A DNA stretch of 64,000 nt. Source: Tubulanus polymorphus. Lineage: Eukaryota; Animalia; Nemertea. The notes under the pieces are model-generated. The model had not been told where the DNA came from. It did not search any database and worked only from the letters and a program-made list of their open reading frames with translations. This document shows positions 40,966 to 52,079 of the stretch, in pieces (position 1 is the stretch's first letter; every line of letters begins with the position of its first letter). The position numbers and the translations under genes were made by a program. The DNA lies in assembly GCF_964204645.1 (NCBI RefSeq), contig NC_134030.1, positions 4,506,778 through 4,570,777 on the forward strand. The letters run 5' to 3'.

Positions 40966-42655
40966 GTAAGTATGATACCGCGTATGAGGGATACATTTTC
41001 ATGAAGTATCTATAATTGAAATAATCGGATGGTTTTTCGCATAGCTCCACACATTCAACAAAATGGGTATTCTCTCCAAGGCCAAGATTATCGAATGTAA
41101 ACTACTCAGTGTAATCCATTACTTTAATGGGTATAAGCCTACTCACAACTCTCGAAACTCAGTCAACTTTTAATTACGTGCTAATTCACAGTTATAGGTG
41201 ATAATACTATGTTCCTGTGGTCTGTACGGTGTGATTCACACTCCTGATAGCAATGATGGTATGTAATCAAACATAGATTTAACGGCATTCAAACTCAGTT
41301 CGTAATCGTCATGTTTGAACCAATTGGTATTAAATACCACTCGTCGAATAGTGACCATCTGAAATGATGCGAGTTAGAAAAAGAATTTATAATTCTAATT
41401 CCATTATTCAATTGCGGTTTTTGTACATATTTTCTGAAGTACTGACTCGGGCTGTTTAATTTCATTGTCTTAAGGAAATCGAATTTGTAATTAAGTCGGT
41501 ATCAATCGAGAAACATATCCCGGTCAACCAGTAAGCGTATCTTCTTCGCGCTACGTCATGCGATGCGAAGCAGGAAGCTGTTTGCCCGATACGGGAAATA
41601 TGACAAAATGATCGATTGAACTGGTCGCGAACTTTTCATTCTACAAGAATCGTTACGACGCGAAAATACATCGGAAGAACCGTGAACTCTTAAACGACAA
41701 TTCGTTTTAGAGTCCCTGGAAGAATCTAGCAGCGCATCGCACCGACACTGTAAAAATACTCGTAATGGATATCAGACGAAACACTTTCCGCAAAATATAT
41801 GCGTAAATCAAACCACAAATAGCATTCAATTCAACCTAGAAAATTTGACTTCACGTAAGATGATTCATAAAGCAGCCTAAGATAATCGAAATTTGATTTG
41901 ATACGATTTTCAAACAGGTTTTATCAATGCATGCGACGCGTAAAGATAGCGCATGTGACGATATGGGGTAACAATAGAATTCATCATCAATCATATCTCA
42001 AGACGCCGACTGACAATACGATAAATACGCAATATGAGCTCTCATTAGTAATTGATACTATCTTATCAGCTCCACGCGCATAATTTAATCAATTCAGTGC
42101 GATATTAAGATTGATAGAAACAGAGATATGTGATCGCTTGGCCGTAATAACCGACATATTATTGTGTTCTGAAGACTATCATCTCGACTAGGGCCAAACC
42201 CGCGCGTTCCCGTGATTCAAACGATTTCCATGATTCGTTAACAAGGCCAGATTTCTTGTTCGGTATTGCTTTAGGGAAAAATCATGATCCTGGTGTCATT
42301 GTCACGCGTGATGACATTATCCCAAGTGGTTTCTTATTTACAGGGAAATTATTTAACTATCTAATTAGAACTAACTCCAAAAGACACATGTGGTGTTTGG
42401 TTGCTCGGGTAATTGAGTAGCACTTCGCGTTACGTTCACAATACCGGCCACTGCAACGGCGCGTGCAACATTAATGTCTTCGACGAAGACGGATGGGTGT
42501 GTGCGTGGGTTATATGAATCTTAGCGCGTCCTTTTTCCTAGTAGACCTACCTGGCGAATACTATTAACACCTTACGTCACGATACCTGTACTTCCCTCTG
42601 AGCGATAGACTCATAGTTTAGATGAATTGACAAGACCCACTAGGAGACATGCACA

Positions 42656-42741
42656 TCAGTGTTACAGACGTCCGATGCAACACACACGCAGACAATACAG
42701 TTGCGTCCGCTTTGCGTGAACTTAACTCGCGTTTTTGAGAG
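42656..42741 (+). other. Candidate alternative (proximal) first exon of the mAChR gene
   Basis: Inr-like TCAGT at ~42656 and donor GAG|GTAAGC (GT 42742-42743). Start is inferred. Confidence 0.3.
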
Positions 42742-43710
42742 GTAAGCAAAATAATCCGGATATAGAGGGGACTGGTGTGAAGTCTTAATTAGTTAATGCA
42801 ATATATCTAAATCTTTTCCTAAATCGATTCCAATTTTGTTATAGTAGTTTTCTACGACGTGAACTTGTGCACTTTGTGTTGACATTCCCTCAATATATTC
42901 GACATGATCGATATAATAAGACGTTACAACTGGTCGCCGACTGATATTGATAACCTCATTTTCGCGCTCTCGTTGATAGCTTTCAATAATACGTTCATCA
43001 TCTTCATTTAAGAAGCGCCATTGATTTTCCGAATCGGACCGGCATTATACAAATGTGAAACTTGCCACCCGAACCGCCGAGCCGAAACGATGATGACGCG
43101 AAATCCGCATTAATACAAATTTGCGCCGTAAACCTGATTTTCTTACGTCCAGGCCATCCTATTCGTTTCGTTGATTTGATTTGTGTTTCGTGTCGGCTGG
43201 TCTGGACGGTGCGCCTGATCTAAAGGATCTATACCGCGTTCTCGGATCCGCGCCACCGTGTATCGTAACTTCGTTTGCGGGAAGGATCGCCGCGCAATCA
43301 CTACATAACAAAAAAATACCGCGCGGTCATAATAACAATATAGGCAGTCAATAAAGCGTTTTTTTCGTAATCATATAAACCAACTATAAACCAACTGTAC
43401 ATTAATTGTTTATCGGCAAAAAAATCGTTCGAATCGCGCTGTAAAATCTAAACGATTTTGCCAAGTAGTGGAGGATATATCGGGGTTATTTTGTTTAGTG
43501 TGTATCTGTTTTTTACCTTGTATTACCCATTGTTTTTATCACATCTGATGATAAAGTCTCGTTTTGTGGGCTTTATTTCGCCATGTTGTTAATTTGGTAT
43601 TTCTTAAGGCGACATATGGGGATATAGTTGAACCGTCGAATAACAAATCATTTACCAGGAATGGAACCTTTTCGGACTCGTTTTTCTTCCTGAGTTTGAG
43701 ATTCTATATT

Positions 43711-44075
43711 TTGACCCGTAAAAACCGTTACAATAATGTTTATATATACATCGATATCTAGCATGCGTTATTTAAGGGGTTCTGTGTGAGTTGATGTGCA
43801 CCACGTCATCAATATTGGCGTTTCAAAATATTAATCACAAGTGTGAATTTGGGCGTTTATTTTGTAACTAAATATATTTCATGTTGATCATTTTTGATAA
43901 TTATTTTTGAGGGGATATGTACTAACGTCATCAATATTTGGCTAGATTTGTTGCCAGTCAATTCAATTATATTCAAATCCAAAATAACTTTATTGATCCT
44001 TTACATCATTCATATATATTATCTATCATTGTGGACAATATCAAGCAATAAATGCATAGTTTTTCAAAGTGTCAA
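43711..44075. mobile_element. MITE family A, copy 2
   Basis: Diverged same-orientation copy of 16069-16442. Termini ttgacccgtaaaaa / ttttcaaagtgtcaa. Confidence 0.75.
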
Positions 44076-44346
44076 TTAACTTTCAAGTTAGTTTTCTTGT
44101 CTATGTTCTTGAACACCATCATTGGGGTCTTTGCCCTCTCTCCAGTCATAACGCTTAATATGATTAATCTCTATTTCAAATTATCACCTAAGGTAAGGTG
44201 AAATTACACTAAACGACACGTTCTCTGCGCCAACACATTAACAGCGCAAATGCTGGTTCATTCTTTCGAATGCATTTAAGTTCTTGATATTTGAAAACAT
44301 CGACCGTTCGTTCGATGCGATATCGTAATTCGATTCTGTGTTTCAG

Positions 44347-44429
44347 TAGATAAGATAACGAATCGGGTTTGATATCGTGTAGTAAATTAAACTGAACCCA
44401 ATGTAAAGGTTTTATTTCATGATGTACCG
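44347..44429 (+). other. Candidate short 5'-UTR exon of the mAChR gene
   Basis: Acceptor ttctgtgtttcag| (AG 44345-44346) and donor CCG|GTAAGT (44430), 240 nt upstream of the coding-exon acceptor. Confidence 0.35.
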
Positions 44430-44651
44430 GTAAGTATGAAATGTCTGGATTGAATGGGTAATATTTTATATTGTAACATAAACTCTACATTACGCGTATG
44501 TACATTATTACAAACGGTGCGATTACAAAATTGCGTAATTTTCATAATGTGTCTAGCTTTTTAAGCCATGCACTCTGTGATGCGGCCACGGGGACTTATC
44601 AAGCCCTCGTCTGCGTTATCAAACGAAAAAAAAACTTGATTAAAGTTCCGT

Positions 44652-44669
44652 ATTTTCTTTTTCTTTCAG
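44652..44669 (+). promoter_or_regulatory. Splice acceptor of the mAChR coding exon
   Basis: Polypyrimidine tract attttctttttctttcag|G ending at 44669, 22 nt before the ATG at 44692. Confidence 0.8.
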
Positions 44670-44691
44670 GTTGCATTAGAAACGACGAATT

Positions 44692-47079
44692 ATGGAGCGT
44701 AACATGACTTCTATACAGAACGTTACAGTCCAGTTTATTGGGATGGACGCCGGTCCGGGTCTGGCCGGTTTAGGTAATACTACGGACGACTACATATTCG
44801 GCTATCCGGACAATGGTCGTTACATCGAAGCTTCTACTTTCGATTTCAATGACATGGAATTCAACGATACGCCAACTGGATTCCCGTGCTCGGTGTTTAA
44901 CGATAGCGTTCTATGTAATATATCTTTAACCGGCATCAATGCTACAAACTCAACTTTAACGGGAAAAGGCGACGGTCTAGATCTTTGGTTGGATATCATT
45001 CTAGCCATTTCAGCCGGAATCGTCAGTATAATGACCATATTAGGAAATATATTAGTGTTAATGGCATTTGTCTTAGAGCGCGCAATTCGACAGCCAACGA
45101 ACTACTTCATAGCCAGCTTAGCCGTTAGTGATCTGCTTATTGGAATATTTTCAATGAATCTTTATACGCTTTATTTGCTAATGGGTACATGGCCGCTCGG
45201 TGAGCTCATATGCGATCTATGGCTCTCGCTAGATTTCACCGTTTGTTTGACGTCACAGTACACGGTGTTCTTCATCACCGTGGATAGATTCTGTTCGGTG
45301 AAGATTCCCGCCAAGTATCGCAATTGGCGAACCGAGAAAAAGGTTTTGGCCATGGTGGCGTTTACGTGGATCATACCGACGTTAGTGTTCTTTACCTCAA
45401 TCATCGGTTACCAATATTTCGTTGGCGAACGTACGGTCAAACCTGGAGACTGTTACGTTCAATTCCAGGAAAATCCACTTTTCAATTGCCTGCTTGTCAT
45501 CGGCTACTATTGGACGACGTTGTTTGTAATGTGCGGTCTGTACACCGGAATTTACAAAGTCGCACTCGACTTGCAAAGAAAGTCCGAGGCAAAGCACAAA
45601 AAGATGACAAGTTTGGTATCAATGGCCGGGCAAACTATGTCGAAAATTGGTATCGGTATGTCCCGCGCACAAGAGACGAACAAGGGAAACAAAAATAACA
45701 ATATGTGTAACGATAAAAGGCAAGTAGCCGGTACTGAGGCATTGAATCCACCTGGAATGGATCGGACGAGAGCCACATCGACAACGAGTTTCAGCTCACA
45801 GAAACCGAACAATAAAGATGACGAACGATCGAGTAGTCCGGCTTTCCCGTCAGATACAGACAACGATAGCCATTCACCGAAACGCTGTAATTCAAACGAG
45901 ACCAAGTGTCGCAAAGAGAAAAAACAATGCCAAGGTCACAAAGGACGGGAAAGCAAGAAGGAGAAAGAGAAACGTTTGAGCAGAGAAAAGAAAGATGCGA
46001 GGAAAGATAAAACGAACAGCGGTGAATCAAATCTTAAAGTTCCAGTGACAATCCCGGCGGTTCCGGGCTCGAACTCTAACACACCCCCGACCGATTCGGG
46101 TTACCATACCGTAAGTGTACATTCGTGCGATCCTCATGAATCGCAACAACAACAGCAACAACAACAACAACAACAACAACGACGTTCATCTTCCATAGAG
46201 AATCCACAAGTACCTGTGGATGATAATAATAAACCCTCCTCTTTAGAGTTGCCAGGTACTTCCATGCCGAATGCCGTCGATACGCTGTCACCAAGCGCAC
46301 CCGATATCAGCCTGGTTGCCACACCCGAGCGCATCGAAGGCGTCGGTTACATCGACCAGGAGAGTCTAAAATCTGCACAATCATCCGATAATGTTAGGTT
46401 GTTAATTGATATTCTTCCAAAGCCGAACGGAAATCCTGTGCGTAGCGAGGAGCCCACAGAAACGTCCCCGATCTGGAAAAAACGCGAGTCGCTTAATTTC
46501 GAAAATACGGACGATCTGCGTAATCCAGCCATCCGAATTCAAGATCCGAGCTCGTGCAGCGGCAACAGCGTGAAGCCGATGTCGATGCAAGTCGACACAA
46601 TAGACGATCACAGATCGGCCAGTAAAACGGTGACCAAACTGGCCACTAAAGACGAACTACAGCCGTTGAATGCCGGCAGCAGTTCGAAATCCGCCAAAAA
46701 GAACAAACGACACAAAATCGGCGGCCAACTGGTGTCCAACCTAGCAAAATCTGTCGGTTCCAGAAAACGAAATCGATCGAAGAAGGAAAAACAAAAATCA
46801 AAATCGGAAAATCGGGCGCGCAAAGCCTTGAGGACAATAACATTCATTTTAGGTGCGTTTGTATTATGCTGGACTCCGTATCACGTATTGGTGATCGTAA
46901 TGGGGCTTTGCCCGAACCAAGCTGACGTATATTCCTGTGTTAACAGGCGGCTATTTGAGTTCAGTTATTGGCTATGTTACTTGAACAGTCCGGTCAACCC
47001 GTTTTGTTACGCGTTGGCCAATGCGCAATTCAAAAAGACATTTTTACGTATTCTGAATCGAGATTTTCACCGCACTTGA
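44692..47079 (+). CDS. mAChR-B: Muscarinic acetylcholine receptor, B-type (gar-2-like), class A GPCR, 795 aa, intronless CDS
   Basis: Seven TM segments with GN (TM1), SLAVSD (TM2), CDLWLSLDF...VDRF (TM3, amine-binding Asp181), CWTPYH (TM6) and YWLCYLNSPVNPFCY (TM7, muscarinic signature). The KSENRARKALRTITFILGAF ICL3/TM6 junction and the SQYTV/DRFCSVKI motifs are typical of protostome B-type receptors. Eight N-terminal N-glycosylation sequons and a ~420-aa ICL3. Confidence 0.97.
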   Translation: MERNMTSIQNVTVQFIGMDAGPGLAGLGNTTDDYIFGYPDNGRYIEASTFDFNDMEFNDTPTGFPCSVFNDSVLCNISLTGINATNSTLTGKGDGLDLWLDIILAISAGIVSIMTILGNILVLMAFVLERAIRQPTNYFIASLAVSDLLIGIFSMNLYTLYLLMGTWPLGELICDLWLSLDFTVCLTSQYTVFFITVDRFCSVKIPAKYRNWRTEKKVLAMVAFTWIIPTLVFFTSIIGYQYFVGERTVKPGDCYVQFQENPLFNCLLVIGYYWTTLFVMCGLYTGIYKVALDLQRKSEAKHKKMTSLVSMAGQTMSKIGIGMSRAQETNKGNKNNNMCNDKRQVAGTEALNPPGMDRTRATSTTSFSSQKPNNKDDERSSSPAFPSDTDNDSHSPKRCNSNETKCRKEKKQCQGHKGRESKKEKEKRLSREKKDARKDKTNSGESNLKVPVTIPAVPGSNSNTPPTDSGYHTVSVHSCDPHESQQQQQQQQQQQQRRSSSIENPQVPVDDNNKPSSLELPGTSMPNAVDTLSPSAPDISLVATPERIEGVGYIDQESLKSAQSSDNVRLLIDILPKPNGNPVRSEEPTETSPIWKKRESLNFENTDDLRNPAIRIQDPSSCSGNSVKPMSMQVDTIDDHRSASKTVTKLATKDELQPLNAGSSSKSAKKNKRHKIGGQLVSNLAKSVGSRKRNRSKKEKQKSKSENRARKALRTITFILGAFVLCWTPYHVLVIVMGLCPNQADVYSCVNRRLFEFSYWLCYLNSPVNPFCYALANAQFKKTFLRILNRDFHRT
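46144..46179 (+). repeat. (CAA)n coding repeat, polyQ12 in mAChR ICL3
   Basis: 11 CAA and 1 CAG codons in frame. Confidence 0.97.
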
Positions 47080-50000
47080 TGACCTGTCGTTTTCTTTTCG
47101 ATTCAAAAAATTACGTAATTATGTATGAGAAAAGATGACGTTGAATGAGCCCACACTACACTGCGCATACACTGTGTGATATGTTTTAATCGGAAGAAAA
47201 GGGTAGCGCCGAAAATTTTCGATGTTATGATATATCAAATCCTGGGAAGAGATTGAGGGACATTTTATTCGTTAATTCTACACTGAGATTTACATCAGTT
47301 CACTGCAGTCAGATTGAGGGACATGTTTTTGTATGCCACTCTAGTTTCTTTGATTTATCATTGTTTGGACCGTAGTTACTCAAAATAATGCAAATGAATT
47401 TTCGGTATTCGGCACACTACGTATACCCAACATACTCGAGTCTTCCAGTCGATGCGTCTATATATGCCATACAAATAAAAACATAGTTCCACGCGCTAGA
47501 CGTGATTCTTAAAAGCCTTCTTTAATCATCCTCCGTCCGCAGGGATTCGGGTCTTGATGGAATCGAGACACTGTCAGACAGTCTCGATGCCAGCCGGTCC
47601 GATCCCCGCCGAGGAAGAATGTATCTACAGCAACAATGATTAATAAATACTTTCTCAAATTGATAAATGTAACTTGTTGCGGCGTAGATCGTCCCAGCGC
47701 GATTCTCATAACATCGGAAATGTTCGGCAGTGCTCGGTGATTTCCGATTCGATCGCATTTGCCGCTTCTTGTCTCGTGTCAGCCCAATTCATATTTGTTT
47801 AAAAAGACAACGTTTTAAGTTATGTACATATTATATACATATCATTATAAAATGACCTATCATCATCGATAGCTATATATGAACCGATATACCAAATTCA
47901 TCACTCCAATCGCCATCTCAAACTTATTTAACTTATTCACCGCGCCTGTTTGTATTGGTTGTCAGTCTGTCGGCTGAATAGATTTTTTATCATATATTGT
48001 GTATGAAGTACGTGTAGAATCGCACATGTATAATTGCAGGTATATTTCAGGAATCTGCCATGCAGCTATCTTTAGCGTGTATGCTTGGAAAAAGATCATC
48101 TTGACAAGATAGTTACTCCAAAGTGGATGTGTTTGTGTGTGTGTGAGTGTGTTTAATTTGTTTGCAACGTCATTTTCTGATAGTTTATCTCAAACTCAAG
48201 CCCTCTTGCACGACATCTGCGGGTATAATGAGGTCATTTCATTCCAACTAAAGCAAGTCACCCGAATTTGGTAAAATTCCTAAGACCACGTAGTTTATAG
48301 TAACGTTCTCCATCGATCGATACGGATCACGAATACGCGTAAACGTATTTTGGACCATGAATGTAAGATCTAATGACTGGTCGGTGCCGTCAGTTATAGT
48401 GAATGAGAGAACAGCGATTTCCTATCGTGTATACATTTCCAAACGCGCTCATTAATCACCCAGCCTTTAATGTACACTCAAATCAACGATACATTACGAC
48501 GAATATCCACATTTCATTAAGCCAGGCACATGTAAACACATTGTTTCGGTCCCCAGTCACGTATAGTCCTTCATCGGATTTGAACAGAGCAAATGGTGAA
48601 AGCATTAACGCCGAGAAAACTGCGGTTTTACGGTGTTTGCTCAGCGAATTCCCCTCGTCTCTTTTTTCGTTTTTTTTTTCTCGTCTGAAAGCATTGCAAA
48701 ATCCTATCGCCGATTCACCGGTCAATTTGTTGGCGTTTCACGTTTCACCGTCATAACAGTAAGTGTGCGTGTATGTGCGAGTGTGCGTGAGACGATGCAT
48801 GTGCCTGATGTGTTGTGGCCGTGAGTGAAATGCACGAGTGCGTGTCCTTAAAACAAAATGTCTGTTTACAAAATGTCTGTTGTAAAAACAAAATTTTCGC
48901 TTCGATCATAAAATGAATAGCTCAGATTTTCGAAGTTTTAGCGGTGATTATAAGATTTAGGAAAGGAAAAATCGGCCTAAGACTAAGATTTACCATAGTG
49001 ATCCATCCCCATAATGGTACAAAATAGCGGTGATGTCTATTGCAAATATGCGCACTGGCGCACCGCTATTCGGGTAGCGTTTTGTAGCGAGAGGTTCAAA
49101 TCCCTGCCGAGTGATGATGGAACTATGGAATGCCAAGATACGTTATTGATTTGTACTTATTAGTGTACGTGGGGCGCGTACTTTAAGAAGAAAGCCCCTC
49201 GCTCGTCGTCTCGCTTCAGCCCTTTAGAATATCGTGGTTTTCAAAGCGAATAAGAATCGTCGACGGAATACCTGCGCTGGGCCCGAGTTGTTTATTATTC
49301 GCATTTACGGCTATATCGTTTAAAACGTGTGAGCGAGTCTTGAGTCCGTTTGAGATGATTGTTGAGCGTGATTCGTGTTAATTGTTGCGCTTTTTGTAGG
49401 TTTGTTAACGTTGATGTAGATCTATTCAAATTCAGCTAAAACTGTTCACTAAAACTTAATTTCTGACTCATACTGTTGTTGAAAAAATATTCGGGTTTTG
49501 ATCCGTTGAACAGTTTTTTTTGTTATTGTTTTTACGTTGGGAACGTCTTTATATACATATGTTACTTAACAATAACTGTGATTGTATCGTCATGTAGATG
49601 CCAAATGAATGTTATGACGGAAGAATCGAAATATCAAAACGTGGATGTTTTTCCGGTGAAAAAAATTGAATCGGTTTTTTTCGGGGGAATGTTCGATTAA
49701 AACTCGTGCTTAACGATGTATGAACACATTTTGCGGGGCGTGTTTATTTTCTTGATGAGAGCGTTTTTGGTCATGAAACGAACGGTGGAACGAATGAGAC
49801 TGAACTGAATGTTGGTTCCGGGGTAATTTATCGAGTAGGTTCATTATACTTAAACGATTTGGATGAAATACGTTCAGATGGACGGAGTGTGCGTTAGTTT
49901 TTCTGTTGGTGTGATTCATTCCTCTGAATGCGTGAAACGAATGACTGAAAACTCGACGTAATTTTTACAGTCGCTTCTATGCGATCGTGAATTCGCAAAC

Positions 50001-50681
50001 GGCAAACACACATTCAAATTCAATGTTTGACTGAGTTTGGCTTCAGAAAACTTCGAAAAACATGCTTATAAGTGCAAAGCACCGCAACGTAGTAATTCGG
50101 ACTTCGTTGACATTTATGGAAAAGTGGGCTTTTATCTTTTTGTTTCCACCCCGGGATTAACATTATAAATATGCTAGCGCATCCCCTCTTGTAACACCCG
50201 CAATATATTCCTAAATATACAAAATAAAAAAAAGACACCGAACTCGTAACGATGTGTTATGATTATGTACATTGATATCCTGTATTCACTGTTCGTAACA
50301 ATTCTTATGATGATTTATTGTATAAAACAGTGCAAGAAACTATATAGAACTACTTTTCCAACTCTGTCTTTTTTCCTTTCACATTTTTCTCCTTTTGTCC
50401 ACTCAAAGACGATATGTCATCATCTTCCAGTGCCCTATAAATTGCCTCTTATCGCACGCTCTTCCATAAATAAGGCTTCTATTCCCCAAGAGGATTGATA
50501 CCGAGCCTCCCAACATGATCTATTGGAAATAAGCGATTGAAAGCGGCTGACTCCACTAAAATACTGCTACTCACAAACTGATGGTGCTAGTTTGACGGTC
50601 GTCTCATCAAGAGACGAGAAAAGATGATCGAAAGATGACGACGTTTAAGTTAGCTCATTTCAAAATGATGATAACGGCTGA

Positions 50682-50687
50682 TTTATT
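50682..50687 (-). terminator. Likely polyadenylation signal of the WSC gene
   Basis: AATAAA on the minus strand ~115 nt downstream of the stop at 50803. Confidence 0.5.
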
Positions 50688-50802
50688 TTATTTCTATAAC
50701 TCTTGACATTTTGCTTAGACATCTTTCCAAAAACTGCAACACTACTCAGATCACACCAAATCCCTGACCAAAGTAATTCTAATTTGATGCCGCATATATC
50801 TT

Positions 50803-50959
50803 TTAGGACGAGATCTTGTATATAGAATGATACGACTTTCCATTTGCTTGTTCACCGCCGCAACTTGCATCAGGTTCTAACACGCAAGGCAACGGGCACT
50901 TACTGGCGTCTACAGCGGTTTGGGTCGACTGTATCGCACTGCCGCAACTACAATAAAAC
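50803..50959 (-). CDS. Secreted single WSC-domain protein, exon 3 of 3
   Basis: Acceptor gtttgtgtatttgtag| (phase 2), then FYCSCGSAIQSTQTAVDASKCPLPCVLEPDASCGGEQANGKSYHSIYKISS*. This is the C-terminal half of a WSC domain (CxCG...CxxxC...CGG...IY). Confidence 0.88.
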
Positions 50960-51042
50960 CTACAAATACACAAACATATTGATATTATATCGATATAAAC
51001 ATCAAGGCGGGTCATAGCGAGTGCAGTGCTGATTTCACTGCA

Positions 51043-51260
51043 ACCTGTCAATAGAATGATAACTATTTGTCCCATAAGCATTATGTATTTTCATAATCAG
51101 CAGGAATCGACAGCAACACAGGCATCCCCAACGTTACGCTCTGTTAGCACGAAATGGTTGGATGCGTCGTACACCTCTTGTTTTAACTATATACATGGTC
51201 AACAGCTGTGCGATTTTATCTGAACGAATGTATTCAAAAGATTCAGCATTCATCTGGATT
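51043..51260 (-). repeat. Dispersed repeat family B, copy 1 (in WSC intron 2), the empty-site version
   Basis: Its reverse complement aligns to 62501-62876 (e.g. gttaaaacaagaggtgtacga-gcatccaaccat, cacagctgttga-catgtatat). Confidence 0.85.
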
Positions 51261-51542
51261 TATACAACGTATAAACTAGTTTAAACGTCCATGAAACAAC
51301 TAACGTTTTCGACGAAGTAGGTTTAGCGATATCCATATTCGAAGCATTGTCCCACTCCAGAGATAACTCAATAAATATATGTCTAAACCTGGCAAATACG
51401 CTGAATATCAAAACCAGGGTTTTAGGCTTATGGTGTCAAATGCACTAGATTGGAAAACGATTTTCGTATTTTTGAAAATCCCGGAATATCTCTAGAAAAA
51501 CTTGCGTTAAATACTTAAATATTTACTTAAATGATTACTTAC

Positions 51543-51678
51543 ATATTTTGTATAGCCATGTAACTTAAACCTAAGTTTTTGCAGTTAGTTTCACATGCCG
51601 AAGTAGTATATACGCCTTGGACACCATAAGTGAAGGAACCAGTTGATACCGTATCTTCGTAGCAGCCGAGAAGAGTAG
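51543..51678 (-). CDS. Secreted single WSC-domain protein, exon 2 of 3
   Basis: Acceptor ttcgtttatttcag| (phase 1), ATLLGCYEDTVSTGSFTYGVQGVYTTSACETNCKNLGLSYMAIQN(M), donor AT|GTAAGT (phase 2). This is the WSC N-half (GCYxD...CxxxC...Y). Phases match both neighbouring exons. Confidence 0.9.
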
Positions 51679-52006
51679 CTGAAATAAACGAAATGTATAA
51701 GACTGTTATAGACCCAATTTAAATATCATAACTTTTCAATTGAAGACCTTTCTACTTTAGGTAACGACGTACGATTATATACTGTTTTATGTATTTAAGC
51801 ACACGTTCTCTGTGTGAATAGCGAATAACGATTGAAATAATATGATAATCGTATTAATGTTGTTAGAAATATCGAAAAAAATTGAAATGACCAAATACAA
51901 AGATCGAATCGATTCCCTTGATGTACAAAATGCCCAGCGTCCCCAAAATTTCAATAAAGCAGAAATGATTGACAAATAAAAATTTGTGTAATTTGTAAAA
52001 ACTCAC

Positions 52007-52079
52007 CCGCAGAAGTAAAACCGATGGCAAAAACCACGGACAAACAAACCACTGAATAAGTTCTCATCGTCATCTTCAT
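52007..52079 (-). CDS. Secreted single WSC-domain protein, exon 1 of 3 (signal peptide)
   Basis: MKMTMRTYSVVCLSVVFAIGFTSA followed by phase-1 donor G|GTGAGT. Joined CDS is 73+136+157=366 nt = 121 aa + stop. The start could be any of three in-frame ATGs. Confidence 0.85.

Noticed and set aside
44820-46847. Numerous antisense and alternative-frame ORFs inside the receptor CDS, including poly-Cys and poly-Val ones
   Set aside because: Shadow ORFs of the real CDS. The homopolymers are the reverse complement of the CAA repeat.
47077-47615. TGA-TGA stop plus downstream hairpin as a possible SECIS/readthrough system
   Set aside because: The hairpin lacks the 3' GA of the SECIS quartet and the apical AA. 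The receptor already ends normally after helix 8, and tandem stops argue for tight termination.
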